64,000 bases of DNA from Camelus ferus. Its lineage: Eukaryota. The stretch spans positions 36,210,001 through 36,274,000 of the forward strand of contig NC_045697.1 in NCBI RefSeq assembly GCF_009834535.1, read 5' to 3'. Position numbers and translations under genes: made by a program. The notes beneath the pieces were generated by a model. The model had not been told where the DNA came from. It worked only from the letters and a program-made list of their open reading frames with translations, and did not search any database. Shown piece after piece: positions 13,986 through 28,161 of this stretch. How positions within the stretch are numbered: position 1 is the stretch's first letter; each line of letters starts with the position of its first letter.

Positions 13986-16764
13986 TAGTAATTCTATGAC
14001 AACTACTCTCTATCACTGTTCTGTACCCTAGTACATCTGGTACAGTATAGGACACAGCATAGGACATGCTTCATGAATGCCTACTCAGGACTTAAGCTTC
14101 TCATCCCTTCTGCTAAATATTCAGATAAAAAGAGCAACCAAGATTCACCTGTGAGGTGATTACCCTCACCTTCCTTAATGGTTTCTCGGCCAGATCTCTA
14201 CCATGGGGTCCCTTTCAGTCAAATCAGTCAGGCATAGCAGATTAGGCTGAATTTTCTGGTGGCCATCAGCGCACCTACGGTAGAAAAGAATACGTCTTTG
14301 CTTCAAAAATTACACATGAATAAAATTTTAATTATGGGGTTATATTTTCCCTTGTATTTATTTGGTTTTAAAATCTCAGAGACTTTTGCTGGCAAAACCC
14401 ACAATAACATCAGATATTTCTTTCTGGTTGCGTTATGTAATCTTATTGTATTGAGCAGTCATTTCTTAAACATTTGTAAACGGAATGATCTCTACTGACT
14501 CTTTAACAGTTTATGACTCATTGTCAAGTAATCACAATCTGAATGCAAATGTAGGCGGGGATCTGATCACCTACTTTATGTGCTTTTAATGCTTCTATTT
14601 TTACACATTAGAGTTCCTTCAAGTAGGACACACTTGTGTTTCCACTACGCAGACATGAGAGTAATATATGTGTTATTTTCCCTCTGGAAATGTACAAAGC
14701 TTTGAAAATTATTCGCTTTCTATTGCTTGGATAAAGCGAATTTTATGGGTCCAATAGGGCTGATGGGGTCCCTATAATTTACCTGAGCCATGTGTAGCCC
14801 CCAGCAGTAAATACCATCTGAATGAGGCCAGCATACCAAGCATTCCAAGCCCTGCTCACCCATGAATGCTACATTTGGACTGTCCCACTGAAAATGAGAT
14901 CAAGATGCCGAAAAGAGAAGGTAGAAGACATTACTTTTCCTGCCAAAAGATCTGTAGACCTGAGAGGGCAAAATGACATATGTGCAGGGATTGTTTACAG
15001 AAAAAATAAGGGAAAGCAGTTTTATAGCCAAAGGAATAATATCTTAATGGCATTTAATGAAATGTGATCCTAGAAAGGGTTTTTCACCTCGGTCTTAATT
15101 TTCATGTGTTACAAGAAAATGTTTCTATCACAGTTAACAATTTTTCACTGGGACATCTGGGCTAACTACTCTACTCTCTTTTAATCTTTTCCAAAGAAAC
15201 TTTCTACACGCAAAAACATTCAATTATTTTCTTTTGGCTTAAAAAAAAAAAATCCAGTCTCATAAAGTAGGTGTTCTCTACAGCATCAAGGTTGATGAAA
15301 ACCATACTCTTGCACAGGAAGTTCAAAAGACAGACTGGCAGGCAAGAGCTGACCCATCTGCTATGGAAACATGTTACCCTCCTTCGAGGGCCAAAACCAC
15401 TGACAAGAACACACCATTATTTATGAAGAGCCTCTGCTCCCTGCTCTGGTCAGACCCCTTCCTCCGCTGCTGCTGGGCTGAGCAAACCCACTGATAACTG
15501 GCTGCGTCAGGTCCTCCTAACTGTCGGGAGCAGAGGTGCTAGTGAAATATTAAGAGGAAAATGAGGTGAATGGACCAATCAGTGGCAAAATGAGTAACTG
15601 AAAAAGCTGTGAGGAAAAAAGGACCTGCCAACTTGAAGCATTTAAATCTAATTCTCCATCAAATTGTCTGAACCTTCAAATAGTGACAAACAGGGACCCC
15701 TGAGCAGCTGGCCCAGAGTAGGCTTCTTTTCCTTGTTTCCTTTTTTTCCTTTTTCAGGACAAATTATTTCTTCATTCCTCAGCAGAGGAGAATCTAGAGA
15801 CAATAGGCTTGGTAATTACCCCAATTTAAGTGGACTGGAAGAGATTACGTATATTGTTCAAACTTTGCCAAGAAAAGGTCTTAAGAATGCAATTCAGCTA
15901 TCAGGTGTATATTGTTCTAACATCCAGTGGTATCATCACGGAGCTTATGCTGTATTTCCCTCTGATAAGGAAGAACCTTCCTTTGTTCTGAGAAAATCTA
16001 GCAGTGGGGGATACATACGCAGGTAAGCAGCCTAAGTGTGATCACTTTTAACTTTAAGATCTTACAGTATGACAGTAAAAATAACAACATAAAAATAGAA
16101 GTTCTTCACATGTACTTAATTCAATATTAGATGAGTCCTTTCCTAACTTTATTAATATGATTTCTTTAAGAGCTTAACTGATTAACAGGTTATATTTCAG
16201 TTTTAAGATCTAATTTTCACTCTTCTCTTTCTCAAATCCAGAAGTTTTCTGACCAAATCATGGCCAAATTGAGTAATATTTATATCTTCACTTGACAAAT
16301 GCTCGATCATCTCTATGGTATTAAAAAGCTTATTCTGTATTTCCTGAATTGATAAACATTTATTTCTCAAAAGTCTATTAGTCCAATCATCCCGTATCAA
16401 GAACAAGCCATAGAACAATTAACTTGCATGAGATCACATAATTAGCTGTCATTACTTGTTCACTGGATTTTACATCTAAAATACATACCAGTTTCCTTTG
16501 TGATATACTTTTAAGTCTCCCTTCTCAGGACGAAACTCTACATGAGAACTTGCAAACGTCAAATTCAGCCAGCTGTGCTGTGATCACGTTAGGCTCCGAT
16601 GTGTTAAGGAGCCTCTTAAGATTAAGAAGGCCACCACTGGGACCACCATGTAAGATTTTGTTGATTTGTCTCAACCTCTCCATGGTTAATAGGAGCTGGT
16701 TATTGGTTAAATTACAGGAACATTTTTTGAGCACCATCATTTGCCTTGAACTAGGATAGACTGA

Positions 16765-16910
16765 ATGCATTATTAGTTTCATTTTACAAACAAGGAACTG
16801 AGGCTCAGAGAAGTTCTTGCCTGGAATCACAAAGCAGTAAGTGGCAGAATGGAATTTTATGACCAGGTCATTATATCTCCAAGCTCATATTCTTCCAACC
16901 AACTAAATTG
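16765..16910 (-). mobile_element. MIR SINE
   Basis: cattttacaaacaaggaactgaggctcagagaagt...gtaagtggcagaat. Confidence 0.7.
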
Positions 16911-17254
16911 CCTTTAGTCTCAATTACCCTTTTTTTTATAGCAAATAATTCAAATTACCAAAGTAGTCATAGGTCAGAAATCTAGTTTAGTTTTAGAAAT
17001 GGAAAGAGAGTAGTTATAATTAAGTAATTAGTGACTAATTTGTGGCAAAGCCTGATTTTAAAGGTGGCAGTTTGATAAAAAGACAGTTCATGATCTTAAA
17101 AGTTATTTAATTTTTTTTTTTTTAATTTGGGTGAGAAAATGCTCTCAAGGTTTCAATTTTCATTCTGTGCATTGTGTGCTTCTCTAAACAATAGGGTCTA
17201 AATTAGAAGTCCCACTTTCCATAGGAAATCAAGAAACATCAAGGGCAATTACTC

Positions 17255-17480
17255 TGGCTGCTGGTAATGTTCTAAGAGGTTCACATATATAATTTCACTT
17301 CATTATGATGGTTCTGCTATATGGCACATACTACTGCTAGCGCAACACTACAGATAAGAATCCTAAGGTACAGAGAGGTTAAATAACCTGCCCAAAGTCA
17401 CACAGCTAGGAAACAGTGGAATCAGAATATAAACCCATGTAATCTGATTCCACAGTCCATGGTCTTATTCACAATACTGT
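17255..17480 (-). mobile_element. MIR SINE
   Basis: cagataagaatcctaaggtacagagaggttaaataacctgcccaaagtcacacagctag. Confidence 0.75.
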
Positions 17481-19052
17481 ATTGACGAATTTAATAAAAC
17501 AATCAATCTGTCAAATGGTTATAATGAGTTTTTTCACCCATGCACACTGAGTTAAGATGGAACAGAGATTGAGGTGTAAGTCAAGTAAAAACACACTGTA
17601 TTATCTTGGGTTTGAAATGAGTTTTTCATGGGATATCCTGCATTTAGGCCATGTGTATGATCACTGGCTACAATGACTAGTTGGGTAGATAAAGCACTGA
17701 GAGTTTACTGACTTCTTGTGGTTGTTTCTGCCCAGTAACAGCTACTCTGCTCTCACCAGGAGGGGTCTGAACAGTTCTAGAAAGGAAGTGGGAGAGGAGA
17801 GATTGTCCAGTGCCTGTGCTCATCCCAGCACCAAAAGTATTTTTTAATGACAATAAGAATCCAAACTGGAAAGAGTACTCGAAGTACCCAATAATTACCA
17901 TTATAGGTTTCGTGGCCCAGCAATTATTAGGCACTTACTAAATGCTTCCGCTCCCACCACATTGTGCTTTGTAACCTGAATTTACTATCCAATTTTAAAT
18001 CTTAAACCAAGAGCATGAGAAAGTTACTCTCTCTATTACAAATCACCACTGAGCTAAGACCTCAGGGAAAGTTTCATGGCTATATAGCATTCAAAGATGC
18101 ATTTCTGTGCTATATAGAAAACACATATAAGAAGCTATATATGCATAAATACACAGTTTCATACATAAATGAAGAAATTCCTTTCTTCGCTATGGGAATA
18201 GTTAGGTATTCCTGTTGTATAACACATATGGACAGATGGTTGGCGTTACGTATTTGTTTAAAGGCAATGCCAGCAAAGCTTTGCCTTTTGTAAAAGGATA
18301 CTGTCACACAGAACCAAGTGTTCTAATAGTGAGAACACTTCCTCCCTCTCCACTTGCCTCGACAACTGCTTCTTAGCCTATGTACGCTCTGAGTTATCAT
18401 TTTATGTTTATATTTTTAAGAAGTTTTGTCTATTGTAATTACCAGTTTCTCTCTCTGTTTAGGGGTAAAACAAACATTTTGTAAACCATGGATTAACAAT
18501 ATCCTCCCAATCTCCACTCAGGAATCCAAAACCTTTGCTTCCCAAGGCCTTAGAGAAGATACTTGGGCAAAATTTTAACTCTGTTGTATTACAGGATTTT
18601 ATGGTATAATTAAAATATATTATAGCAATTAAAAAATTATTAAATTATAGTCTATCATAGAAACTTTTAAGATTTTATTCTCAAAGTTTCATATCAAAAT
18701 ACCACAAACAGAGACAGGATTTTTTTAATGCCTGATTATTCCAAGTTTCCACTTAGTCCTTCTAATGGCCCAACATGACAGAAGAGAATAAGAAGGTAGG
18801 ACAACTTGAGTTTAGTCCATAAAGAAGTGGCCGGGCAATGTGGGAAGCCTTCCTTTAACCTCTGAGAACTATTTTTTATGCAGTTAGAAGATATGTCAAC
18901 AACCAGGTTTCAAAGCTTCAAAATAAACACACCATTCGGTGTGCACCAGAATGATATTTTGATATAAATAGCCTTTTAGGGACTGCAAAGTTAATTTGGT
19001 ATGGCTAACCACCCTAGAAGAGCATTAAAAGCAAACATTACAATATATAAAA

Positions 19053-19158
19053 CTGCCAAATTTCATCAAATCCAGGACACCATCAACTGTAAGATATATC
19101 CCAAAGATGTTAAAATTTGGGGGGAAAATGTGCATCTCAGAGTAGATGAAGTACAGTA
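19053..19158 (-). mobile_element. TcMar-Tc2 MITE (MER104-like)
   Basis: Degenerate terminal inverted repeats (tttcatcaaatccag ... ctcagagtagatgaagtacag-TA) and internal gatgttaaaatttggggggaaaatgtgcatct. Confidence 0.6.
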
Positions 19159-19499
19159 AGTATGTGATAATTCCAGCTTCCAGGGTTATCTACTACATTA
19201 TTTCAATTAGAACTGCAAACTATAATCTACCGCCTAAAGCCCTGTAAATGTAACACACAGTTAAATGTATACTCGACCACACTTCAAGCAGAATTTCAGG
19301 CAATTATCTTAGTGTGCGGGTTAACAAAGTCTAGGTGATTTCTGTATAATCTATCCTTTATATCCTGGAAGGGGTATCTGTTGTCATAAACAAGTTTTTA
19401 ACGAAGACCTCAAGGAGAAAATCACAACTTCGGATGATTATTATATTTTTATATCAAGATGATTCTTTATTTGTTGATTTTTTAACAGATTTTCTATGC

Positions 19500-20513
19500 T
19501 GATTTTTAAAAGTTAAGACATAGTTCACAACCATAAAATTCGCCATTTTAAAGCATGCAATTCAGTGAATTTTAAGTATATTCACAAGGTTGTGTAATCA
19601 ATGCCACTGTCGAATTCCAGAACATTTTCATAACCCCATAAGGAAGCCCGGACTAATGAGCAGTCATTATCTGTCCTCTTTCCTCCTCCCTCTTCCCCAC
19701 CCCACCAGCCCCTGGCAACCACTAATTTACTTTTGGTCTCTACAGATTTGCCTATTCCAAATATTTCACATAAATGGAATCCTATAATATGGAGCCTTTT
19801 GTTTCTACCTTCTTTCATTTAGCATAATGTTTTCAAGGTTTATCCAGCTTGGAGCACATGTCAGTACTTCATCTGTTTCTATGAATAATACTCAATTGTA
19901 TAGATATACCACATTTTGTTAAGCCATTTATCAGCTGATGAATATTTGGGTTTTTTTCCACTTTGAGGCTTTTATGAGCAATATTACTTATGAACATTCA
20001 CTTACATGTTTTTGTGTGAACATTCATCTTCAATTCTCTTGGGTATAGGAGTGAAATTTTGGGGTCACAGGGTACTTTTATGTTTAATAACTTTCTAAGG
20101 AACTGCTAAGCATTTTCCAAAGTGGCTGCACCATTTTACATTGCAATTCACATCCTCACCAACATTTATTATTATACTTGTTAAAAAATAACAGCCATTC
20201 TCATGGGTATGAAGTGTTGTCTCATTGTGGCTTTGATTTGCATTTCTCTAGTGGCCAATGAAACTGAGCATCTTTTCATATGTTTATTGGTCATCTTGTT
20301 TGCATAAACTAGTCTGTTAAAATCCTTGGCCCATTTTTCAATTGGGTTATTTGTCTTTTAATTGTTGAACTGTGAGAGTCCTGAATACTAGACTGTTATC
20401 AAATACAGACCTGCAAAATTTTTCTCCAATTCTGTGAATTGTCTTTTCACTTTCTTGATAGCATCCTTTGAAGCAAACAAGTTTTAAATTTTGATCATGT
20501 CCAATTATGCCAA
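19500..20513 (-). mobile_element. L1MB-type LINE-1 3' fragment
   Basis: ccataaaattcgccattttaaag...ccctggcaaccactaatttacttttggtctctacagatttgcctattcc...ttccaaagtggctgcaccattttacatt...ctcattgtggctttgatttgcatttctct. Confidence 0.88.
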
Positions 20514-21835
20514 TTTATGCAATTAGGAGATATGTCAACAACCAGGTTTCTGATTTAAATTATTTCTCTCTTTAAGTTATTTTCATTCTATGGTTACAAG
20601 ATAGACAATATCTATGAAGTAGAAAAATTAAAGAATGCATAGTCAGAAGACACCAAATTAATTTTGTCATGGGACGTTCATAATAAAAGAATTGTTTTTC
20701 TATACAAGTTAGGGCAAAATTGCTTGACATGACATCAGAATAAATCTAAGCAACTTCTTGACGATGCATAAAAGTTAGGAGCATCTCTACATGGCCTATC
20801 TGAGTATAGAATTTCCATATTTTAAAATATTTTGGAATCTATCTGGACTAAATGCTAATATTATTAATTCACAGAGCATCTTTGCTTGGCATCATTTCTG
20901 AAAATGTGGAGTTACACAAACATATTTCCCCTGTGACATTTCAAAACATGCTCAACTATTAAAGGAAAATTAATTTAAAAGACATCTGTGCCAATATGTG
21001 TATTAGCTTCTTCTACCGAGAGCTATAACAACCAGAACTTCACTTTGGTAATAATAAAATATGCTACAGTGACTTCCAAGCACTGTATAGTTTTCAAATG
21101 GAAAACAAGCTGGAGAAGCCTTGAAGGTTTGTCAGAAACGACAATGTCTGGGTGGCAAGTGGGATTTCACTGGGCCCAAGGGACGTTGTGAAACCCTCTT
21201 TCCAGCCATCTGTTGCTTTGTATCTGCAATTCTACTGGAAGCTAGTCAAAAAGAGGATAACAAGTGAAAACTATTTTGGCAACAACATAAAAAACAAGAA
21301 ACCCAAAACAAACATCTCTCTACAAACAGATTTTCTGTTGGATTCAAATCATACATGGCAACAATTTTTAGAAAACGTACAAGCTAAACTCACTGAAAAT
21401 GCCGAGAGAGAATGAAGCAAGAAGGGAAACCGGGGTGGGGGTGGGGGGACCCCTTTGCAGGAGGCAACTTGTCTGTTTAGTTATGTTTCTCCATAAGACA
21501 GAAGCTCCTTGAGGGCAGAAACCAAGTCGTCTTCACTCTGTCCTCCCAGAACCTCAGGTCTGGCTAAATACATTAGGACAAGGTATAGGAAAGGATCGTA
21601 TGATCTGGACAGGAAAGAAATGAACTTGAATGAAAACACCGACAGTTTGTGATTTGGAGTGAGGAAGGAACACTGACAGCGGAAGTGGTATTCTACAGTG
21701 AGGTCTTTAATAGCCAGCCATTCACCTATTCAGCAAATATTTGTGGAGAACTTACCAGTTCCTGTACTGCCTTAGCACTAGGGATACAACTATAAACATA
21801 GTGAACCAAATCCCTGCCCTCGTGGAGCATACAAC

Positions 21836-22075
21836 TAAAAGCTAATATTTATGGAGCATCGATCCGTGCCAACTATTGTATTCAGAGCTTCATATGTAAT
21901 ATCTCCTTTGATCTTCACACCAATCCTATGGGATTGGGATAAGCTGCTATTATTATTCTCATCTTACAGATGAGACAACTGAAGTTTAGGTCAAGGGATT
22001 TGTTTAGGTCCAGGAACAAGTGACCCAGACACAGGTCTGCCTAACCACTGAAACTCTCATCTTCATGGCTGCACA
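21836..22075 (-). mobile_element. MIR SINE, adjacent to an L2 fragment at 21715-21835
   Basis: gctaatatttatggagc...gatcttcacaccaatcctatg...ctcatcttacagatgagacaactgaag. Confidence 0.7.
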
Positions 22076-23436
22076 CTCCATCAGAGATGCATTATGTGAC
22101 TCTAGGACCATGATGGCAATAGCTGCCATCATGTTGTTTAATTTTGGATGGTGATTATACAAATGAGTGCTATAACATCTTGTCTTATATTATACTAGTA
22201 TAGTCATTTGCAGACAAGAGAGAAAAACCTCAAGATTTGTAAAGTTTAAATCCACAGACTCCAAAAAGGAAACTTTGTGTCCCGGGGTCATTGAAAGGAG
22301 AGAGTTAGGAAACACAAAGTTAAAAGAGAGATGTTTATATAAGAAGAAATAACGCTATGAGTTTTTCTAAGATGGAAATAAAGGAATAAATAATTGACTC
22401 TTGGCACCTAGGGAAAAGAAGAAAATAGGTGAAAGAAGAAATTCAGCAAACTCTGTGTTAGGGAGGTGTGTAAATCCCAAAGTGATTATCAACAGGAGAT
22501 TGAGAATGTAAAAAAAAACTGAAAAAACATTAGAGTCTATATTATATCTGATGGTCTTTCAGTAATTCAACTCTGGAAAATGCCTTATATTAACATAATC
22601 CTCCAGGAATACCTACATAAAACTGTTTGCTATATAAAAGTTAATTACGGATTATTGTTCCATAAAATGTCAGTTCAGTTCAACCTTCAGTTCCAATTTA
22701 GAACACCCAAAGTCCCTCCTCTGTCCTATGGCTACAAGTTTCATAAAAACTGCTTAGGTGGCCTGTGACATAACACAGGCAGACTGAGGATCCTGGGGAG
22801 AAAAGATACACTCTGAAGTGTATGGCTATACCAGACTTTTTAATCCATTTTAGCAATACCACATCTGCACTATTAAGACACAGTAGGTCATGCTTTTTTC
22901 CCCCAATTATAATAATTTATAGCTTTTCTCTTAAAAGTAATTCTTTTAGTTTATATTCTGCTGGGGTAGCAAAACTCTCAAAAGGTGCAATAATTTAGTA
23001 ATTAAAGAAAAACAAATCTTCCAGGGTCAAAATCAACAATCACTGCACATTTTTAGGTTAAGTGTGGCAAAAAAGGAGACAATAAAAATTACAACAGAAT
23101 GTTACACATGCAAAATCATCCTAGTGAATCAGAGCTAAATTAGAAATTGTCACATGACGTATGGTGTAGATGGCAGACCAGATCCGTGCTTCTTTTCATT
23201 CAACAAATATTTACAAAGTGTAATATGCCAGGCTTTGTGTTATAAGTATGTAGACAGAGGTAGAATGGGACTCCCCAGCCTTTGATGAATTTACATTATA
23301 ATTTGCCTGATAAAAGACATACTAATACACTATGTAATATTAATTAATATTGATAGATTAAGTGAAAAAAACAAAGCAGAGTCCATTGCTATCATCTGCA
23401 TAAAAAAGGGGAATGGAAAAGAAAAATATATGGATT

Positions 23437-23464
23437 TGTGTGTGTGTGTGTATATATATATATA
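23437..23464 (+). repeat. (TG)n(TA)n microsatellite
   Basis: Directly visible. Confidence 0.85.
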
Positions 23465-24159
23465 ATGTATTATTTATGTATATATGAACTATCTACGCAA
23501 GAAAACCCAAGAAACTGTTGTGTTTATTTTAGTTGTCTCCAGGAAAGATAAAAGGGTAGCTGGAAGGAGGGCCAGGATATTACTTATACCATTTCAACCA
23601 CAACCATTAATGTTAGAAATACAAAAACAGTAAACAATTGCAAGCCTTCCCCAGTTTTCCAAATCACTAATGTCACTCATGGGACTGTTTTAGCAAATCT
23701 CTTTTTTTTCTACATGGGAACACAAAATTTCACAAAGCTGAGAGTTGAAATAGAAAAGAGTAAGTTACCACTACATTCCTCCTACTTTGTGCCAATTAAA
23801 CACATAATTATTAGCCATTTCCTTTATTAAATGTCTCCTAGTGGGTGTTAATGTAATGAAGGTTTTTGTTCCTTAATTTAAAAAAAAATATTTATGCATA
23901 AGTGATATGTGAATATTTATAAAACACTGGACGTGACACTGAACTGAACCTCATCCCAGTTCAGTGCAAATGGAAAGTATAAAGGAAATACTAGTTTAGA
24001 AGCACCAGAAATAGCAATACATGATGGTCCATGCAAATTCAGAGGAAGCCAAAATGGTTACCGGGGAGCTGGTAGAGAAAACGGTAATAACCAGACTCTT
24101 ACCTGTCGTGTTATTAACCTGAATTCTTAGGCTCACTCCTGCTAAGTGGTTATATCCGG

Positions 24160-24370
24160 GGTGGTTAAGAGCCCAGGAATTAAACTACTAACACTTAACT
24201 ACCTGACTGAGCTTCAGCAAGTTATTTAACTTCCCCCAGTCTCCACATTTGTTCAATGCAGGATAATCATAGCAACCACTTCATAGGGTTCCTATGAAGA
24301 ATGAACACATCATTTGGGATAGTGCCTGGCACAGATGTGTACAATAAATATTATCCATTATTATTATTTA
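24160..24370 (+). mobile_element. MIR SINE
   Basis: gtggttaagagccc...caagttatttaacttcc...gataatcatagcaaccacttcatagggtt...gtgcctggcaca. Confidence 0.75.
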
Positions 24371-27300
24371 CTACATTCTAAAAATTTTAGCATTCCCAGT
24401 GATGGCCCTGAGGTTATTAAGAATCAGAAATACCGTCATAGTTGTGAAAGACTAAATTACATAAACAAATACATTTGTGCACTTGCATGCATGTATATGT
24501 GCAAAGAGAGAGAAGTGGTTTCCTAATCTGATTATTTAATTAGTTATAACAACAATTTTTCTACCCAGACTAGTTAGCAAAATTTAATTGCCTTCATTAA
24601 ATTAGGTGCTGAAAGGTCATTAGGACTACATTACAAATTCCTATTATTAAAAAGATGCTTTAACAGGAATTCTGACAAAATATCCTGTGAGGATAAGACT
24701 TGGATGAGGGATGAATAGCTGGAGATGAACAAACACACAAGGTTCCCTGTGGAGTCACACATGAGCTCATCCAAACCAAGTATCAGGAGACCGTAGAAAC
24801 TGAACTTCTGGTTTTATTTCAGCCTTATTCTGGGTCCTGAAAGTTTCCCCCAGACTTTTTTTTTTTTTTTTTTTTTCAGTATTTCCTAGTATCTATCTTT
24901 TCCAGTGAGCATAAAGTATACCAATGTTGGAAGTGATTTGTAAAAGAACAGTTTGTAAGTTTCCATTAAAATCTCATGACTATGCAAATGCTCAGATTTT
25001 TAGCATAAATACTCATCACTACCCCAAACTGTGTTGCAGAATGAATCACGCAAGCTCACAGCTGTGAGATTAAGTACAGAAAAGACAGATCTCTACTTCT
25101 GGCAAAACTTCAAATGCCTCATTGGAGACAGAGAAATGTCAAACACAAAGCTTACACTGAAGCACTGCAGCTCCAGGGACAGGGGAGAAACTCCCAATGC
25201 GTTCTGTATGGTAAAATACTTAACACACTTCACCCCTCATACATTATAAAAAGGACTGGCTTGCAGAAACTCAGGATGAGTGACTTTATGGGGCTGCACT
25301 AGTCACTCCCATGTTGTGCAGAAACCCAGCTTGAAGAGCTGCACATCCCAATGCTGATGTTCCAATAAGACCTGGTGTGATCTGTGGCCCTGTTCCTTTC
25401 TTTGACAGTGGTTACAATATTCCTGCTGCACTAATCCAAAGAGCAACTCACAGAGCTTCCAGAAAGATATTTTCCTTTTAATAACAGCTGATCTTTGAAT
25501 TCCAAATGATGAAGGTTCCAGTGGATTCCCATCCACAATACATGTGTAAAGTTTTAAACCTATTTGCTGACACAGAGGAAGTTACTAATGGAAGCATTAT
25601 CTTTGATGCATTGCACACAGTCTGGCTGTACTGAGATACTTGTTTCAAATGAAAAAAAAAAGTGTTAAGCATTGCTTTTAAATAGAAGTTTGAAAAACAC
25701 TGGTTGAAGTTAAAAGATACAATGGTAGAGAAAACTCTATTACAGTAACAATGAAAAAGGTAAACTTAAAAAGAGCTTAAATAAGCTTGAGAAGGTTAAA
25801 ACTCATATGAAAAACACTGTTCTAAAACAGTCCTCTAGAGCACAATTGTAGATCTGAACAAATGTAAAGACATCCGATTCTTGATTAGGGCATCTCAACA
25901 TTATCAAAAAATACCCGTGCTCTCTAAGTCAATTTATAAATTTTGTGAAACCCCAATAAAAATACCAATGAGCCATTTTTTTTTCTGGAACTAAACAAAT
26001 TGACCTTACTAATTATTGAATTTCATATGAAAAAATAACTGCACAAGATTATCTAAGGAAAACAATGTAAAAAAAGAGCTGTGTGGGAGGGATAGCTAAA
26101 AGAAATATTAAAACCTACTACAAAGTCTCTAAAACTAAAACAGTGTGGTCTTGGACCATGAAGAGACTGACCAGTGAAACAGAACAGCAAGTCCAGAAGA
26201 GGAACTGATCACAGATAGAAATTAGTATATTATAAAGTGTATACTAAAATGTGGGGATGAAGATGGACTTTTTAATATACGACATTGGCATAGCCATTTT
26301 AAAACTGATAAATTTTGATCTATTCTTCATGCTACCCATAAGCACAAACTCCAAATTGATCAGATATTTTACAAATAAAGTTGTGTAATTAATTTTTAAA
26401 ATTGGTGAATTCCTAAATGATTCTTCTATAACCTGAAAGTAAAAAAGGCTTTCTAACTATGACTCAAAATCCAGATGTGATAAAAAGTGATTGACATAAC
26501 TGACTATCTAAAAAAAAAAATGCCTGGCAAAAAACACTGTATGCAAAGCCAAAAGACAACAAATTAGAAGAAAACATTTGTAAATATGTCCTAGATAAAG
26601 GACTAATTTATAAAGAACTTTAAAAAATTGATCAAAACCATAACAAAAATCCTAGAGAAAGACATGCAAAGAACATGAATAAAAAATTCCCATAAAATAT
26701 AAATGATACTAAAAGATGACAAGATGTTCAACTTCACTTAAAAGAGAAATGCATAATATTGAAATATCTTACCCATCAGATTGTCAAAAAATCAAAAGCT
26801 TGACAATACAGTCTTTTATGAGACTAAAGAGAAACAGGCCCTCTCCTACATGGCTGGTGAGAAGGTAAAAGATTATAACCCCCACAGTGAGGAATTTGGT
26901 AATATCCAACAAAACTAAATAATTTATCCTTGACTCAGCAATACCATGACCACAATTTATCCTGATCACATATCTCCAACACATATACATAGGATTATCC
27001 ATTGCATTATCATTTATAATCACAAAATATTAGAAACTACCTAAATTTCCAACCATAGGATGTTTTAAATAAAGCATGGTGCATCCACACAATGAAATAC
27101 TAGGCAAATGTAATAAAGAACAAGAAAGCTCTCTATGAACTGATACGGATAATTTCCAGGATATATTGTTAAAAAAAAAAAAAAAAGCACAGTACAAAAC
27201 AGTACATATAGTATGCTGCCTTTGTGTAAGAAAAGAGAGGAAACAAGAAACCATAAATTTCCCTGCTTATTTTTGCAAAAGGAAACATAGGAAGAATAAA

Positions 27301-27676
27301 TCAGAAACCAGTGAAATTGGTTTCTTACAGAGGAGTGAATGAGGTGGGAAGAACACAAGTTGAAAGGGATGGAGGAGTGACATTTCTGAATACAACTTTT
27401 TGTATAATTTTAAATTTAGAAGAATGTTAATGTACATATTCAAAAATACAATTAAATCAATAAGCTTGGGCGAGAACCCTAAAACTGAATGCAAACGGAA
27501 ATAAACAAATGATCTCAACTGAATAACAGAACCACGCTGTGGCACAAGGGCAGGTCAGGGAAGAATTGATCCAAGTAACTTTAGAATATAATGCTTTAAT
27601 AAATACCCTTAGTCTAGGGGGAAAAAAAAAAGAACTTCAAGTAAATCTTGAATGATTTTTAAAGTACTCTTCTTTT

Positions 27677-27960
27677 AAACAGATTCACAGACATACTAAA
27701 CAAACTTATGGTTACTGGGAGAAACGGCGTGGGAAGGGATAAATTAGGAGTTCGAAATTTGCAAGTACTAGTTACTATATATAAAATAGATAAAAAATAA
27801 ATTTCTTCTGTATAGCACAGGGAACTATATTCAGTATCTCATAGCAATCTAAGAAAAAGAATATGAAAACAAATACATGTATGAATATGCATGACTGAGA
27901 CATTATGCTGTACACCAGAAATTAACATATTGTAACTGACTATACTGCAATTTTAAAAAA
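27677..27960 (+). mobile_element. Short 3'-end copy of the same lineage-specific L1 family as 60668-61678, nested in an old L1M
   Basis: aaacagattcacagacatactaaacaaacttatggttactggg...ctgtatagcacagggaactatattcag...tgtaactgactatactgcaattttaaaaaa aligns by eye to 61378-61662. Confidence 0.85.
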
Positions 27961-28161
27961 GCCTTCTTTTTCACAGTGTTGTGAATATAGCAATTCTGAA
28001 ACTACTTTTTTCTTATTGTTTGTGTACCAAAGGATTAAGCAAATGGAGTAAACGTGCTGACATTGATGAGAGCCAGGGCTCTCATTGTGAAAAAGTGAAA
28101 TGCAAATATGGAATGGGACAAAGGTAAGGAAGAACCCTGGGGGTTGAAGCAGAATGGCAGG

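Noticed and set aside
23937..23966. Hairpin cactgaactg-N10-cagttcagtg
   Set aside because: About one 10-bp stem is expected by chance in 64 kb; too short for a pre-miRNA.
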